From NCBI GenBank assembly GCA_951406725.2, contig OX597816.1, positions 135,470,001-135,534,000 on the forward strand: a DNA stretch of 64,000 bases. Reading direction: 5' to 3'. Below, piece after piece: positions 1 through 12,893 of the stretch. Origin of the DNA: Octopus vulgaris (Eukaryota). Below the pieces are notes generated by a model. It searched no databases, had not been told where the DNA came from, and saw only the letters and a program-made list of their open reading frames with translations. Within the stretch, counting starts at the first letter, position 1. Each line of letters begins with the position of its first letter. The translations under genes were made by a program, and so were the position numbers.

Positions 1-1463
1 AAATGCAGAAGCTTTCATGTAAAGGTAAAGTTACCTTTTCAAATCATACTGACTCACAAGGGCCAGTTTCCCAGTTTCATGGCATATATATTCCCCATCT
101 AAATGGCATTTCTCATTTTTGCCAGTTGAGTGGACTGGAACAACATGGAATGAAGTGTTTTGCTCAAGAACACAATGCATCACCTGGTTCAGGAATCGAA
201 GCCACAATCTTACAATCATGAGTCTAACACCCTAACTACTAAGCCATGTGCATCCACAAGCTTTCATACACCTTGATCCTGCATCATATCACCATTCACA
301 AGTCCACTAAATACTTTTCCCCAAATATTCTTTGGTTTATCAATACAGTAGATTCCAACTACCACTACCACTTGACAACCACCATTTGTTTACATCCTTG
401 TAACTTTGTGGTTAAGCAAAAGAGACTAATAGAATAAGTGCTAGGCTATATAAAAACAAAAAAACAGGACTAGGGTCAATCCATTTGACTAGAACCCTGC
501 AAGGCAATAACCCCAGCATGGCTGCAGTCAAACGACTGAAACAAGTAAAAGATAAAAGATTAAACATTGCATTTATTTTTCATCACAATTGAACAATAGG
601 GTTGTTGGTTGTGTTTCCAACAAGCCAGTCACTAGTTCTCTTCATGTCTAGCAATCTCACTATAGAAGAAATATCTCAAGGGATTTAGTTCATAAAACAC
701 TAGTTTTCTTGTTTACATCCCTCACTGAAAGATGTACACATATATACTATGATCAGTGGTTCTATTTGTTTACATCATACAAACATGTATGCGCACACAT
801 ATATGACACAGTTATGACTATGTGGTTAAGAAGTTTGCTTCACACCACCCAGGCCAACAAAAGCCTCACCTATAGATTTTGATTCACAGATTTGTGTGTG
901 TGCATGCATGCATGTGTGCATTTGTATCCCCTAGTCTTGACATTGGGCACTAAATTGTAAAAAGATATTACTGTCAAAGAAATAATCTTGTTCATCTGCA
1001 ATCTTCTGTGAAACATGTCTGGCCAATTTGATGTTTGTGTTCAAAGGATTCAGGGAACAACTAGCTTGCTTTGAAACAGTTCAGCTTTGGTGACAGAGAG
1101 AGCATCCAGCCATAGTAAAATGTGCCTCGATGAATTTCATCTGACTTGTATGCACCTTTCCTGGAATGTTTTTACTGAACATCCAATGGGCTATATTCAA
1201 CAGCAATCAAATGCTACACATCATTATATATCAATCCTATTGCATCTCACATATTCCATATGGTTGGTTTTCATATAGAGAACCATTTACCAGTACTAAA
1301 AATAGTGACTATTTGAATTCTTCTATTTCCCTTTAACCTTAGCAACTCTGTGATCATTTCCTGTGATAATTATTATGTCAACTCAGTAATACAAACCTAC
1401 TACTATTAATAAACCATCAATATTTTTCTTGCTTTGCAGTTAGTAGCCATTCATGGACTAGAG

Positions 1464-1640
1464 CAGCAGTTCCCAAAATGTAAAAACAAAATAATGGGTT
1501 AATTAGGTTAAGTTTTGTTTATGAAATACAGTTGCTTAGAATTTGATTCAGAAAGAGAGTTTGTGTTTGTGATGGTGAGTGGAGTGGGGTGCATTAGAAA
1601 TGAGGCAGCTCAAAAACGTTTAGGAGTCAGGAAACCACTG
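1464..1640. mobile_element. hAT-type MITE
   Basis: Ends CAGCAGTTCCC...GGAAACCACTG, with near-identical 8-bp flanks gactagag/aactagag (TSD). Confidence 0.55.
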
Positions 1641-2602
1641 AACTAGAGCAACTAAAAGCCTAGTTGCTTGACAGTTAATCAGAGGTCCATTTGCATGTTT
1701 TATGCATTTATTATTTATATGGATAACATAATACCATATAACTGCTGGCTCTCTCACAGGATGTCATCCACTGCCATTTCTATGATGCTATTCAGGCCTT
1801 CACACTTAACTAGTAACCTTACTTTTAAACCTTTTGACTAAAATTAGTGATAATTAGTTCCACACCCTCTCTCTCTTTTGGAGAGGCACAAGCACCTACA
1901 CGCACATATACACACACGGCAGTAATAGTTATTGTACTGATTCTACAATGAAGGCTAAATCATTAGCATAAAGAAGAATCCAGAAGTATCCAGTTATGAA
2001 CACTTATATGAAGAACTCCAGGATTTAGAAGAGAATATGTTGTTGGACACCCAAGAAGCACACAGACAGTCTTAAACTTAATTTTGGTGTTATCTTGACT
2101 TAAACAGCTTCTTTTGTGAGCCACACTAACTGTGTGAAACAAAAAATGTTGAAGTTCATTTTGGCACACTGCACACAAACATTTTTTGATGAACCAATGA
2201 AAGAGCAAAAATTAACTCAACTTGTTAGAAACTGCAGCTAAATCTGCTTCAAATTACACTTATGATCTTAAAAAATATATATATCTGATAATGTAGTAAT
2301 AAATACTCTGTGTTCACAAAAAAAAAACAGACAGAATGGATGTGGCTGAAACAACTTTAAATCACATCTGTTCAATTAGGGCTGACTTGGGGCTAAGTAG
2401 TAGCAGCAACATTTGATGGACAAATAAATTATTATTATAAATGTTTTGAAGAGAATTATACCACTACTGAATTAGTGATTGCAACAAAGCCATTGTAAAT
2501 GTCTCAACACAAAGATCCTAATTATGTAACTACTCATACAAGCAAAAAGAACCAAGCTATCATCATGTCAAGTCACAGAACGCTACTTTTAAATAAACTG
2601 TC

Positions 2603-2833
2603 TTAACCCCTTTAACTTTTAAACCAGTTGTATCCAGCCCAAATATTCTACCAGTTTTATGTTCAAACTGGCCAGATCCGGCCTCTTCTCACATTTATCC
2701 TATTGTGTTATTCTAAAAATAAACAAGCATATCATTGAAATCTTGAAGCAACATGATAATGTATGACTAATTCAAAACAATGGAAATAAAGAAGTATTAC
2801 ATTTGACAGAGAAATCTGAATATTAAAGGGTCA
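2603..2833. mobile_element. piggyBac-like (TTAA) MITE; a related inverted copy lies at ~60289-60510
   Basis: Termini ttaacccctt...aaagggtcaa; the interior matches the reverse complement of ~60290-60510. Confidence 0.45.
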
Positions 2834-3284
2834 AATTATGATAAAAAGTAAACAAGTAACTAAGTCATAGTTGAACAAAACTTTTATAGGGAATATTTAT
2901 GCAGTTACTCAACCTACTAAAAAACAGCAAGCATAAAGCTCTCGTGCCACCAGCTACTGACTTAATGAGACATATTGGTTATTTAGTTCTGAATGTACTC
3001 TGACTAAAAAGGTGGAATGGTAACAGCTGGAACATTTTTGATCAAAGACCTGCTCAATATGGTTGGTTGATGTGGGTCTAAACGACATGTATTTAATTTT
3101 ATCCTGCTTTTTTATATGATGGCTTGCTTAAAACAAAACTTTATAATTAACTGACTAGAGAAATACTATCTTGGATCAAACAGCTGTTACATTACTTTAT
3201 AACTTTAAATGCTCTGAAATTTTAAATCGAAACTGGCTGATACATTAATCAAAAGGAATAATACCTTAACATACATTCGAGGAA

Positions 3285-3645
3285 ATTGAAATCGATCAAA
3301 AATTCAATGGAAATTGTAGTTGTGATACCAGTGCTGGTGGCACATAAAAAGCACCATCTGAACGTGGCCGTTGCCAGCGCCGCCTCAACTGGCTTCCATG
3401 CCAGAGGCACATAAAAAGCACCAACCGATCGTGGCCATTGCCAGCCTCGCCTGGTACCTTTGCCGGTGGCACGTAAAAAGCATTCACTACACTCACGGAG
3501 TGGTTGGCATTAGGAAAGGCATCCAGCTGTAGAAACACTGCCAGATCAGATGGAGCTTGGTGCAGCTTCCTGGCTTCCCAGACCCCGGTCGAACCTTCCA
3601 ACCCACGCTAGCATGGAAAACGGACGTTAAACAATGATGATGACG
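3285..3645 (+). mobile_element. RTE LINE 3'UTR fragment (5'-truncated or non-autonomous)
   Basis: Same gtggcac/gccag sub-repeats, ggagtggttggc...gcatggaaa end and (gat)n tail as the RTE at 62270-62715. Confidence 0.8.
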
Positions 3646-3976
3646 ATTCCTAAATGGGAAAGTAGACACTAAACCAGTAGAGATGAAAAAAATGTATTTC
3701 TGCACAGTTTCTCTTTGAATGAACAACAGACAAGCTTATATTGTTTCCTACAACAATATTCTTTTGTAATACACTATTAAAAGCAGTTATAATATTCTAA
3801 TCAAAACATTACAAAGAATAGAATGTTTCCTTATTCAAATGAAAAGGCAATGCTCTGTCTATTTTTATTCTCACTCACCCTATATATATATGTATATATG
3901 GCAAATGAAAGATAGAAGATGTAATATACAAGAATTTATAATCAATCACAACAATCTATATGTATCTATCGATTTA

Positions 3977-4020
<44 letters not shown>

Positions 4021-4359
4021 TACATATATATTTAAATATCTACCTGTCAACATATCTCTGTCTCTCTCTACATATATATATATATATATGCTTTTCTAAT
4101 TTATCTATCTATCTATTATAATCAAAATAAGCAACAAGGATATATATATATATATATATACTTATCTATGTGTGTGTATATATATATACTTATCTATCTA
4201 TATATATATATATATATATATATATCTGTATATATTAATAGTTATCGCCATACTAATATGGCAGTCTTATAAATATAAGACTAAAGCTGCCGTAATCTCC
4301 TTTAGAGAGACTTAGTAATTTTAATATTTCTATTATATATGTATATACTTATCTATCTA

Positions 4360-4418
<59 letters not shown>

Positions 4419-4958
4419 CTATCTATATATTGGGTCATCCTATAAATAATTCAGTTTTTTCACTTGCATGAACTAAAAGTGGGATGAGGGATGGGATAAG
4501 CTACCTGCATCACACACTTATGATCTTACCTACCCATTCACCCTGTCCAATCCTGTGGACCATTTCTCTGATATTCTCCTTCCTGTAACTTGAGGGTATA
4601 TGCTGACACCTCTGCACTATCTTCTCTCCTTTTCCAACTATGGTTGCCACGTATCTCCTCTACTGCAAGACACCTATCTCTATTCCTCTTATCATATTTT
4701 AACTCACATCACGTAGCATAAAGCCACCTCTTCAATACTATACAACAGCAGTTGATGGGTCTCATTTTGCAAGTTTCTTGGTGATCTCACTTGCGCCAGT
4801 ACTATGCAAAAAAAGTACCAAGTACACTCTGTTTGAAGTGGTTGGCATCCAGCCACAGAAATCATACAAAAGACACTGGAGCTTGGCACATTTTTCTAAT
4901 CCATCAGCTTGTACCAAACAATCCAACCCATGCCAGCATGGAAAATGGATGTTAAATG

Positions 4959-4990
<32 letters not shown>

Positions 4991-4996
<6 letters not shown>

Positions 4997-6200
4997 GATC
5001 CCATAAATAACGCGTTTTTTTCAATTGCATGAACTAAAAGTCAGAGGGAAACAGGATAAACTACCTGCATCAACTTGCTATAAAAGCAGATAGTAATTTT
5101 ACATTATTCTTAGTGCAAGTTTTGATGAGTGCAGTTCGATTTTAACAGTTATTTTTTCAAAGCTATAATGGAAGTGACAAAGGAGAGTATTCAGCATATT
5201 TTGCTTTAAGAGTTCAATAAAGGCAACAATGTAATGGAAAGGGCGAAGAATATTAATGCAGTATATGGGGATCAGAAAATAAGTATAAGCCAGTGTCAAC
5301 TTTGTTTCTAGAAATTCCTGAGCAGGAATCTACAGCCTGGAAGAAGAGCCTCATCCTGGAAGATCTGTAGAACTCAACGAGGATGTCCTGCAAACTTTGG
5401 TGGAACAAAATCCCATTGTAACTGTTGAGGAACTAGTAGAGAAGCTTAGATTTGGTCATTTAACCATTCATCGATACCTGTGTCATCGGAAAAGTCAGCA
5501 AATTGGGTCAATGGGTTCTTCACAAACTTTCCAAGTCTAATCACGCACAGAGAGTGAATGTGTGCTCTTCTTTGCTGTTGCATCTCACCAATGAACCTTT
5601 TTGGGACCAAAAAGTGACTGGTGATGAGAAATGGGTTTTCTATAAAAATGTCAAGCACCAAAGACAGTGCGTAGGGATAGGAGAAATACTGGCACCCCAG
5701 GTGAAAGGTCTTCACCCACATAAGGTGTTGGTATTTGTTAGGTGGGATATGAAAGGTTTAGTCCACTTTGAACTTTTAAACCCAAAGCGAACAATAACAA
5801 AGGAGATCTACTGCGAGCAGCTTGAGTGGCTTAAGTCAGCACTAGAAGAAAAACAACTATCTTTGGTTTCAAGATGAAAGGTGTTCTTTCATCAGAATAA
5901 TGCTCGGACACATACAGCAAGGATGACATTCCAAAGGCTGGAGTGGTTTGAATGGGAAACAATGCCCCACCCACCATATTCACTGGACATTGCCCCATCT
6001 GATTATCATTTATTCTAGTCTTCAAAATCATTTGGATGGATGGAAAAAATATGAATTCTGCAGACAAGATCAGAACAGTACTGGATGAGTATTCTTCATC
6101 ACGGACAAGTGAATTTTGGAAGAGGAGCCTTTCAAGTCTACCAGAAAGATGGAAGAGCATTGTAGAAAATGAAATGCATCAATGAAAACAAACACCACAT
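4991..6200 (+). mobile_element. Degenerate mariner (DD34D-type) transposon
   Basis: Left end tagggtgatcccataaataa. Fragments include WVLHKLS, VTGDEKWVFYKN, HQNNAR and PPYSLDIAPSDYHLF, with stops and frameshifts. Confidence 0.85.
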
Positions 6201-6337
6201 GATGGATGTTGTTTTCCACACTTGATTTTGACAAATGTTAATTCAATATGAACACATTGATGTCAATAAAATTTGTTTGTAGATAAAATTAATGATTTTA
6301 TGAATTTTTCAAAAACGACCGTCCTCTCTGCCTCAAC

Positions 6338-6383
<46 letters not shown>

Positions 6384-6457
6384 ATCTATATATCTATATA
6401 CACCTACCTATCTATATATATATATATATATACCTATATATATACATGTGTGTGTGT

Positions 6458-9423
6458 GTGTTTCCCAAACTTTTCATACCAAATTGCAATATCGCCCACC
6501 TATCAGCCAAAAAATGCTCCATCACCCACCTATGTAAAAAATACCTGAAACCCCTCCCCCACAAAATACCCCAGGACCTCCTTTGTATCCTTTGACACAC
6601 ACACACTATATCATAAACTCGTTGCTCTGTTAGTGCCATTTGTACTAAATATGTGGTTATTTACAAATCCCTTATTGTAGGTTTAGTTTTGCTATTAGTG
6701 TGAATAAAATTCTAACATTAACTCTATATTTTTCAAACAGATTAACTTCTGGAAACTTGTGCTTTCTTTTACGCTGATTTTCATTTTCTCCAAATGAACC
6801 AGTGATCAAAACTATCGATGCTTAAATAATTAATGATTGTATTATAAAGGAAAAAAATAAAACTTTTTAATGACAACCATGCGCAATGCAGCTAGTGCAG
6901 ATACATTCGGTTTCAAACTTGTCAACTTTAGCCGCAAGCCCCCTTGTTGTATCACATCCAGTCCAATTCTTTTATAGGAAAGTAAAGTTCCGACATGGTT
7001 AAAACCAGATTCAACCTGGTGTGAGGTAGGGAAGGCAAGCAAAAGTAATTTCAGATGTTTCCACAGACTGGGATAGGAATTCAATATACTCTAATGGTAC
7101 CTCAAATCTTTGCCATTATGGCGATATCGCATTGTGGCAGCATTGTCATTTTGTAATTTTATCAATTCCTCCTGAACTACATCCTCACAATCAACTGCAT
7201 CAACCTCAAATGGATTGCTATACCAATTTGGAATATTCAGCACAATAACATCTTGAAATCGCTCCACAATGTTATCGTGCAATGATTGTAAATAGTTGCA
7301 ATATGTAGTTAAATCCTAATCAACTAATTCATCTTTCAAAGAATCAAGTTGTGGAAATTGATGGAATTGACGTTTAGAAATGTTAGTCTTATACAACACC
7401 AATTTCGAAATGAAGGTAATCATAAATGATTTACAATCAATGAGAGTTTTTCTGTTTCCTTGCAATAACTTGTTCAAATCATTTAATTTTGTGAACATAT
7501 CACTAGGCAATAAGATATTGCACCTTGCAACCATCAATGAAGCGGATAGTGGACTATCTTCAAAGAAAGATATGATTATATGAAACAGTTCAACAAAGCG
7601 TAAAATACAGTTTCCTTTTGAAGCCACCGAACTTCGGTATAGTATAGGAGTTTAGTATAGTCCTCATCATTTCTCAGAGTTGACGGAAAATTCAATCAGA
7701 CAAGAGACTAGACTTCAATTTGTTCACAGTCTTGATAACTAACTGTAGTGCATATTCAACCTACCGTTCATAGTTTTTGCCACTAAATGCTGCCTGTGTG
7801 CCAAGCAATGAACAGTTAGTATCTGGTGGGAAATTTCACGCTTTAAGAGAGATGAAAAAACTTTGTCTTCCTCTCATCGAAGGGGCTCCATCAGACACAC
7901 AAGCAAGAATATTACTGAGTGGGATATTATATTCAAAAAGGAAAGACTTGAGTGTGTGAAAAATAGTTGCACCTCTTGAATCAAACAACAATTTCTCTGT
8001 GAACAGCATTTCCTCACAAGGTTGAAGGTCTTTGCTGAAATACCGAACATACACTATCAACAAACATTGATTGTCCACAACAGTTGACTCATCCACTTGT
8101 ATAGAAAATTCAGAACGCTGGAGAATATTAATGAGCTGATGTTTGCCATTGTTGGCCATTTCATCGATGCTTCAAGAAATTGTGCTATTACTAAGTGGGA
8201 TCTTCTTCATAATGTTATCGAGTTTTTGTGCATAATAGTTGACAAAACCTCTTTGATAACTGGGTGAAGTAATGTTTCTCCAATTGTGTGAGACTTCCCA
8301 GACTTAGCAACAAGCCATGCAATATTGTACAATGCAATCAACCCATCATTCTCCTGTTTACTAGCTTCCTGGAGTAGCGTGTTGAATGTTTGTGTTTGCT
8401 TTTTGAAAGAGGAACTGAGTTGCAAAAAAGTATGATAACGGCTTGTTCTTCTTGTCAGAATGCTTTGCTTCAAAGTGATACTTCAAGTGTGAAGGTTTCA
8501 TTGCTTCGTTGGTCAATGTTTGATGGCAAAGAAGTCACATTGGTAACTGACAGTTCTGAGGAGAGGGAATAAATTCAAACAATAAATAATCACTACTGTA
8601 CTGTCGACAAATTTTTTTGACTGGAGGCATCAGTAAAGTGAAAACGAATTTCCACGGACAGCGTCAGAAAGGCAGTATGGTATTCCCAAAGAGGAGAAGA
8701 CAATAGAGCAGAGTCAGACGACACGTCTTTACTGGAGTAAATAGAGATCTAGTTCGTTTGGTTGCCAGCATTTCAAAAATTAAAGTTTATCGAAAATTTT
8801 AAAATTTGGCACATTAATGTGCCTTTCCAAGCTAAATTGCTGGAGTTATTCACCTTTTACCAGAAAACTGTTTTTAAAAAGTTATAGAGGTTTAAAATTT
8901 GATCATTTTCACCCAGTCAAGAAACACGATTTCAAAGCTGTCATTTTGTCAACATCCTGAAAATAGCACTTGTGTTTTGATATGAAACTGTAGAGCTACA
9001 CACAACATATAGCCCTTAATAACTATTTTATTTTTCAGGGTTTTCAGGAAATTTTTGCGAATTTGAATTCTATACACAGGACTTCATACAATTATGCAAA
9101 AAAAAAAATTTGTAGTGAAGTGTGATTTAAAGCCTAGGCCTATTTGGCTGCTATTTTTAGCATGCATGACAACCTTCTCAATGACTGTGACAAAACTATT
9201 TGATTAATAAACAAGTCCACATTTTTAATACAAAGAGACATCTCATGTGAGTAGTCAAATCGATAAAAGTGCATCGTTTATTCTAGGCCTGCCTAGATAC
9301 CAGTAAATGCAGACTAAATTTCTAAAAATTCATTGTCACCCACAAAATGCTCATATCGCCAGCCAAAATCTCAAATCATTCACCATTTTCTAGAAATTTG
9401 CCCATCACCCACTTTGGGAAGCT
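6458..9423 (-). mobile_element. Degenerate hAT (Buster/Charlie, SCAND3/ZBED5-like) transposon
   Basis: Minus-strand fragments HTIGETLLHPVIKEVL, FSIQVDEST, CVSDGAPSMRG and LLLAFPTSHQVESGF. TIR-like ends tttcccaaa / tttgggaag. Confidence 0.8.
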
Positions 9424-9596
9424 ATGACATATATACCTATCTATCTACGTGTGTGTGTGTGTGTGTATACATATATGTATATATATATATATAGATGTAT
9501 ATATATATGTATGTATATATATATATATCTATATCTATCTATCTTTCTTTCTATTTATATTTATCTATATACATATATACACACACATATACCTAT

Positions 9597-9641
<45 letters not shown>

Positions 9642-9644
9642 GTA

Positions 9645-10710
9645 TTTAGGTTGATGGTCTGAAATGTTCATAGGCTGATTATGAAGCAGTGATTTTAGAG
9701 CTCTGAAATCTTGCAAGCATTATTTCAACTCATCTTCTTAATAATGGCATTGTTTCTTTCCAGGTAAACTAACATCTGACTTTTCAAAGACTTCAAAAGT
9801 TAACAAGTAGTGACATCTCTTGAAAATGAACAAAATTTCACATTGTGGTGTTATCAAGTACCTGCAGGAAAAGGGTTTAGCACCCAACAACATTCATGCT
9901 GATATGGTTGCTACTTTAGGGGATGACGCTCCAGCTTTATCAACAGTGCAAAAATGGGAAGCTGAATTTAGGAGGGGAAGAGAATGTCTTGAAGATGACC
10001 TAAAATTTGAACATCTTGCAACTGCCACCACCGAGGAAAACATTTGTATTCACCATATGGTGATGAATGACAAGCAATTGACCATAAATTAAATAACCAA
10101 TGTTATTAGCATATCACAAAAGAATTGAGAAAATTTTGCACAATGAAATTAGCACAACACAGGAAAATCCAACATTGTTTCAGGCAGATCCAGTTGGCTT
10201 TCTTGAACATTTCCTAACCCAGAACAAGTGTTGAGTCCATCACTCTGAGCCAGAGACAAAATGACAATCTGTACAGTGGAAACATCCCTCCTCACCTGCT
10301 CTAAAGGAGACTAAGGTTGTTTCATCAGCAGGAAAAGTGATAGCCTCGGTTTTTTGGGATGCAAAAGGCATTGTGTTTATTGCCTATCTTCAAAAGAGCC
10401 ACAGCATCAATGGAGAGTACTATACTAACTTTCTCAGGCAGTTACAAAAGTGGATCAAGACCAAACATCCAGGAAAACTTTGGAAAGAAGTCTTGTTTCA
10501 TTAGGACAATGCTCCAGCACACAAGTGCTTGCTTTCAATGGCTGCTGTGCATGACAGTGGCTTTGAACTGGTTGGTCACCCTCCTTATTCTCCTGATTTG
10601 GCCTCACCTGATTATCAAGTTCCCCAACATGGAAAAAATAATGGCTGAAAACCAGTATAGCAGTGATGATGACATTATATCTACTGTTGATGACTTTTTT
10701 GACCAACAGG
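9645..10710 (+). mobile_element. Degenerate mariner transposon
   Basis: HTH region VIKYLQEKGLAPNNIHADMVATLGDDAPALSTVQKWEAEFRRGRECLEDD, followed by DNAPAH and HPPYSPDLA motifs in broken frames. Confidence 0.85.
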
Positions 10711-10866
10711 TAGGTAGGTAGGTAGGCAGGCAGACAGACAGACAGGCAGGCAGATATAATAGAAGTAAGGACCTAAATCCTTCAAAGGGATGTTAAACAT
10801 CCAAGTTCACCAGTTCAATCCAAAGTAAAGAATATATATAAATCTATATATTCAATATTGGTACAA

Positions 10867-11271
10867 TATAATAAAGAAAGGAAAAATAGAAGTGTTGACA
10901 TTGCTTTATTCCAAGCTGGTACATATATCCAATAAAAATTCTACAAGTTGTTTCCAAGCTTAATTAATTCAAAACAAAATGAATTACAATCCCTTTGAAA
11001 TCACAAATTAAGCTTTTCCTCAGGAATTCATCATTGGAATGAATGAGTTCCACCAACAAATATAAAGACCTTTACAATAGCCCAGAAAGGAGCAATTATA
11101 GGTATATGCGGGCACTGAGGGTGATAGCCTAATTTGTGATTTCAAAAGGATTATATTTCGTTTTGTTTTAATTAATTAGGCTTGGAAACAATTTGTAGAG
11201 TTTTTATTGAATATATGTCCCAACTTGGAATAAAGTAACATCTACACTTCTATTTTTCCTTTCTTTATTAT

Positions 11272-11272
<1 letters not shown>
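10867..11272. mobile_element. Inverted pair of Penelope-like terminal repeats (~145-bp arms)
   Basis: 10867-11013 is an imperfect reverse complement of 11127-11272, and the repeat contains a hammerhead motif. Confidence 0.6.
10936..11029 (-). ncRNA. Putative minimal type I hammerhead ribozyme
   Basis: Minus strand reads gaattc-CTGAGGA-aAAGCTTAATT...AATTAAGCTTg-GAAA-CAACTTG-TA^gaattt: stems I, II and III and a GUA cleavage triplet. Confidence 0.55.
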
Positions 11273-11319
<47 letters not shown>

Positions 11320-12893
11320 TTCAAATGTTACATCATTGAAGACTCCACATTTCTCACAATACAACCTTCTTTTAAAAGTAGTTAGGGTCTTATAGAATTA
11401 AAAACTCCATTGCTCTCACTCATTAGAATGTTTTGGTATGGTTTCTGCAGTTGGATACCCTTCCTAACACCAACCACTTTACAGTGTGTACTGGGTGCTT
11501 TTTTACATGGTGCCAGCACCAGTGATTTTTATGTGGCACCAGCACCAACAGTGTCACTGAGTAACCTGCAAGACAAAAAGATCCTCAGCTGGGAGGAGAG
11601 AGCAGTAGTGAGGGTGATGATGGCTTTGTGCTAGTTGATGAGAGATAAAAGGTATGGAGGGACAGGGGTAGGTATCCTACAGTAGAGCAAATACATGAAT
11701 ACTCCAGATGAAAAAGAAAGGAAGGTGGGTTAGTAAGATAATGAGAGCAATAATGAGAGATAGTGACAAAGATGTGTCAGAACATGCCTTTGAGGGACAT
11801 TGTGGGTGGTGAGAATAAGTGGTTATACAGAGGTTTAGACAGGGTGGATGGACAGAGTAGAGGTAACTGAGGCAAATGATGGAGTGAAATATAGGAGAGG
11901 GGCAGGGGTTTGCAGTAGGTATATGAGGGCATTGAGAGTGATAGCAGATAAGTGAGGTGTTAATTATGGAGAACAACACAGGAGAGCGGAAGCACAAAAA
12001 GGAGGTGATTGGTGGAGACAGTAGGTGGGGGAAGCTAATGGAAGTGGTTCAGGGTGGAGAAGGAGATAACTGAGAAAGCAAGGGGATGTGGTATGCAGAT
12101 ATTCTGCTCTCTGGTGATAGAGAGGTGATGTGTGTTAGGGGATGAAAGGTGAGGGGAAATGGTTGTCAAAGCAGAGAGGATGCAGGTAGGCATGGAGCAA
12201 AGCCCCTCACGGACAAGCATTAACCAAGGTGGTTTAGGTATTCAATTCTGCTGTGGTGAATGGGTCTTCTTGAGTACAGAAAGGCACCAGATATCTCAGC
12301 TCTTTGTCATTTATATATACATGACTCAGTGCAATGATCCAAACTAGAAAGTCACAAAGAGATGAGAGTTGGATGGAGCCTATAGATGGCAAGTTTTGCC
12401 AGAAGATTCATAAGCTAGATATGGTCAAATGTTCTACAAACCTGACCAAATTATATCATGGGAAAAAAATGAACATTTAATGCAGTTGTTTAGACTCAGG
12501 TCAGGCTTAAATAAGCAGATCTATGATCAAAGACATTCTGACTGTAACCAGTTTGTCTTTTCATATAGTAAGGACTACACAGTTCAATATTTGCTTCATT
12601 TTATAAGATAATAGTGTGATTTTGAGAGCTTCAGTTGCTACTTCAAGCAGTTCACATAACTGTGTAAGGGCATCTACATTAGTTCAACGAATGTAATAAA
12701 TCTTTGTGGTGGTATCAATAGTAGCAGTAATGATACTCTAAAATGTAATAGATAGTTTAAGAAAAAAAAATTCTTTTTTTAAGATGGCATGGTGCAATGT
12801 GAGAGATTCTGTTATTTTAAAAAGTTGGGTGCCATATAGAGGCTTCCTAAAAGCGCTAGAGGTGTAACACAGTTGTTCAAGTAATTCTCTATC

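Noticed and set aside
9424-9654. Short ORFs rich in YI, CV, HT or poly-I/L (here and elsewhere)
   Set aside because: They are translations of microsatellites.
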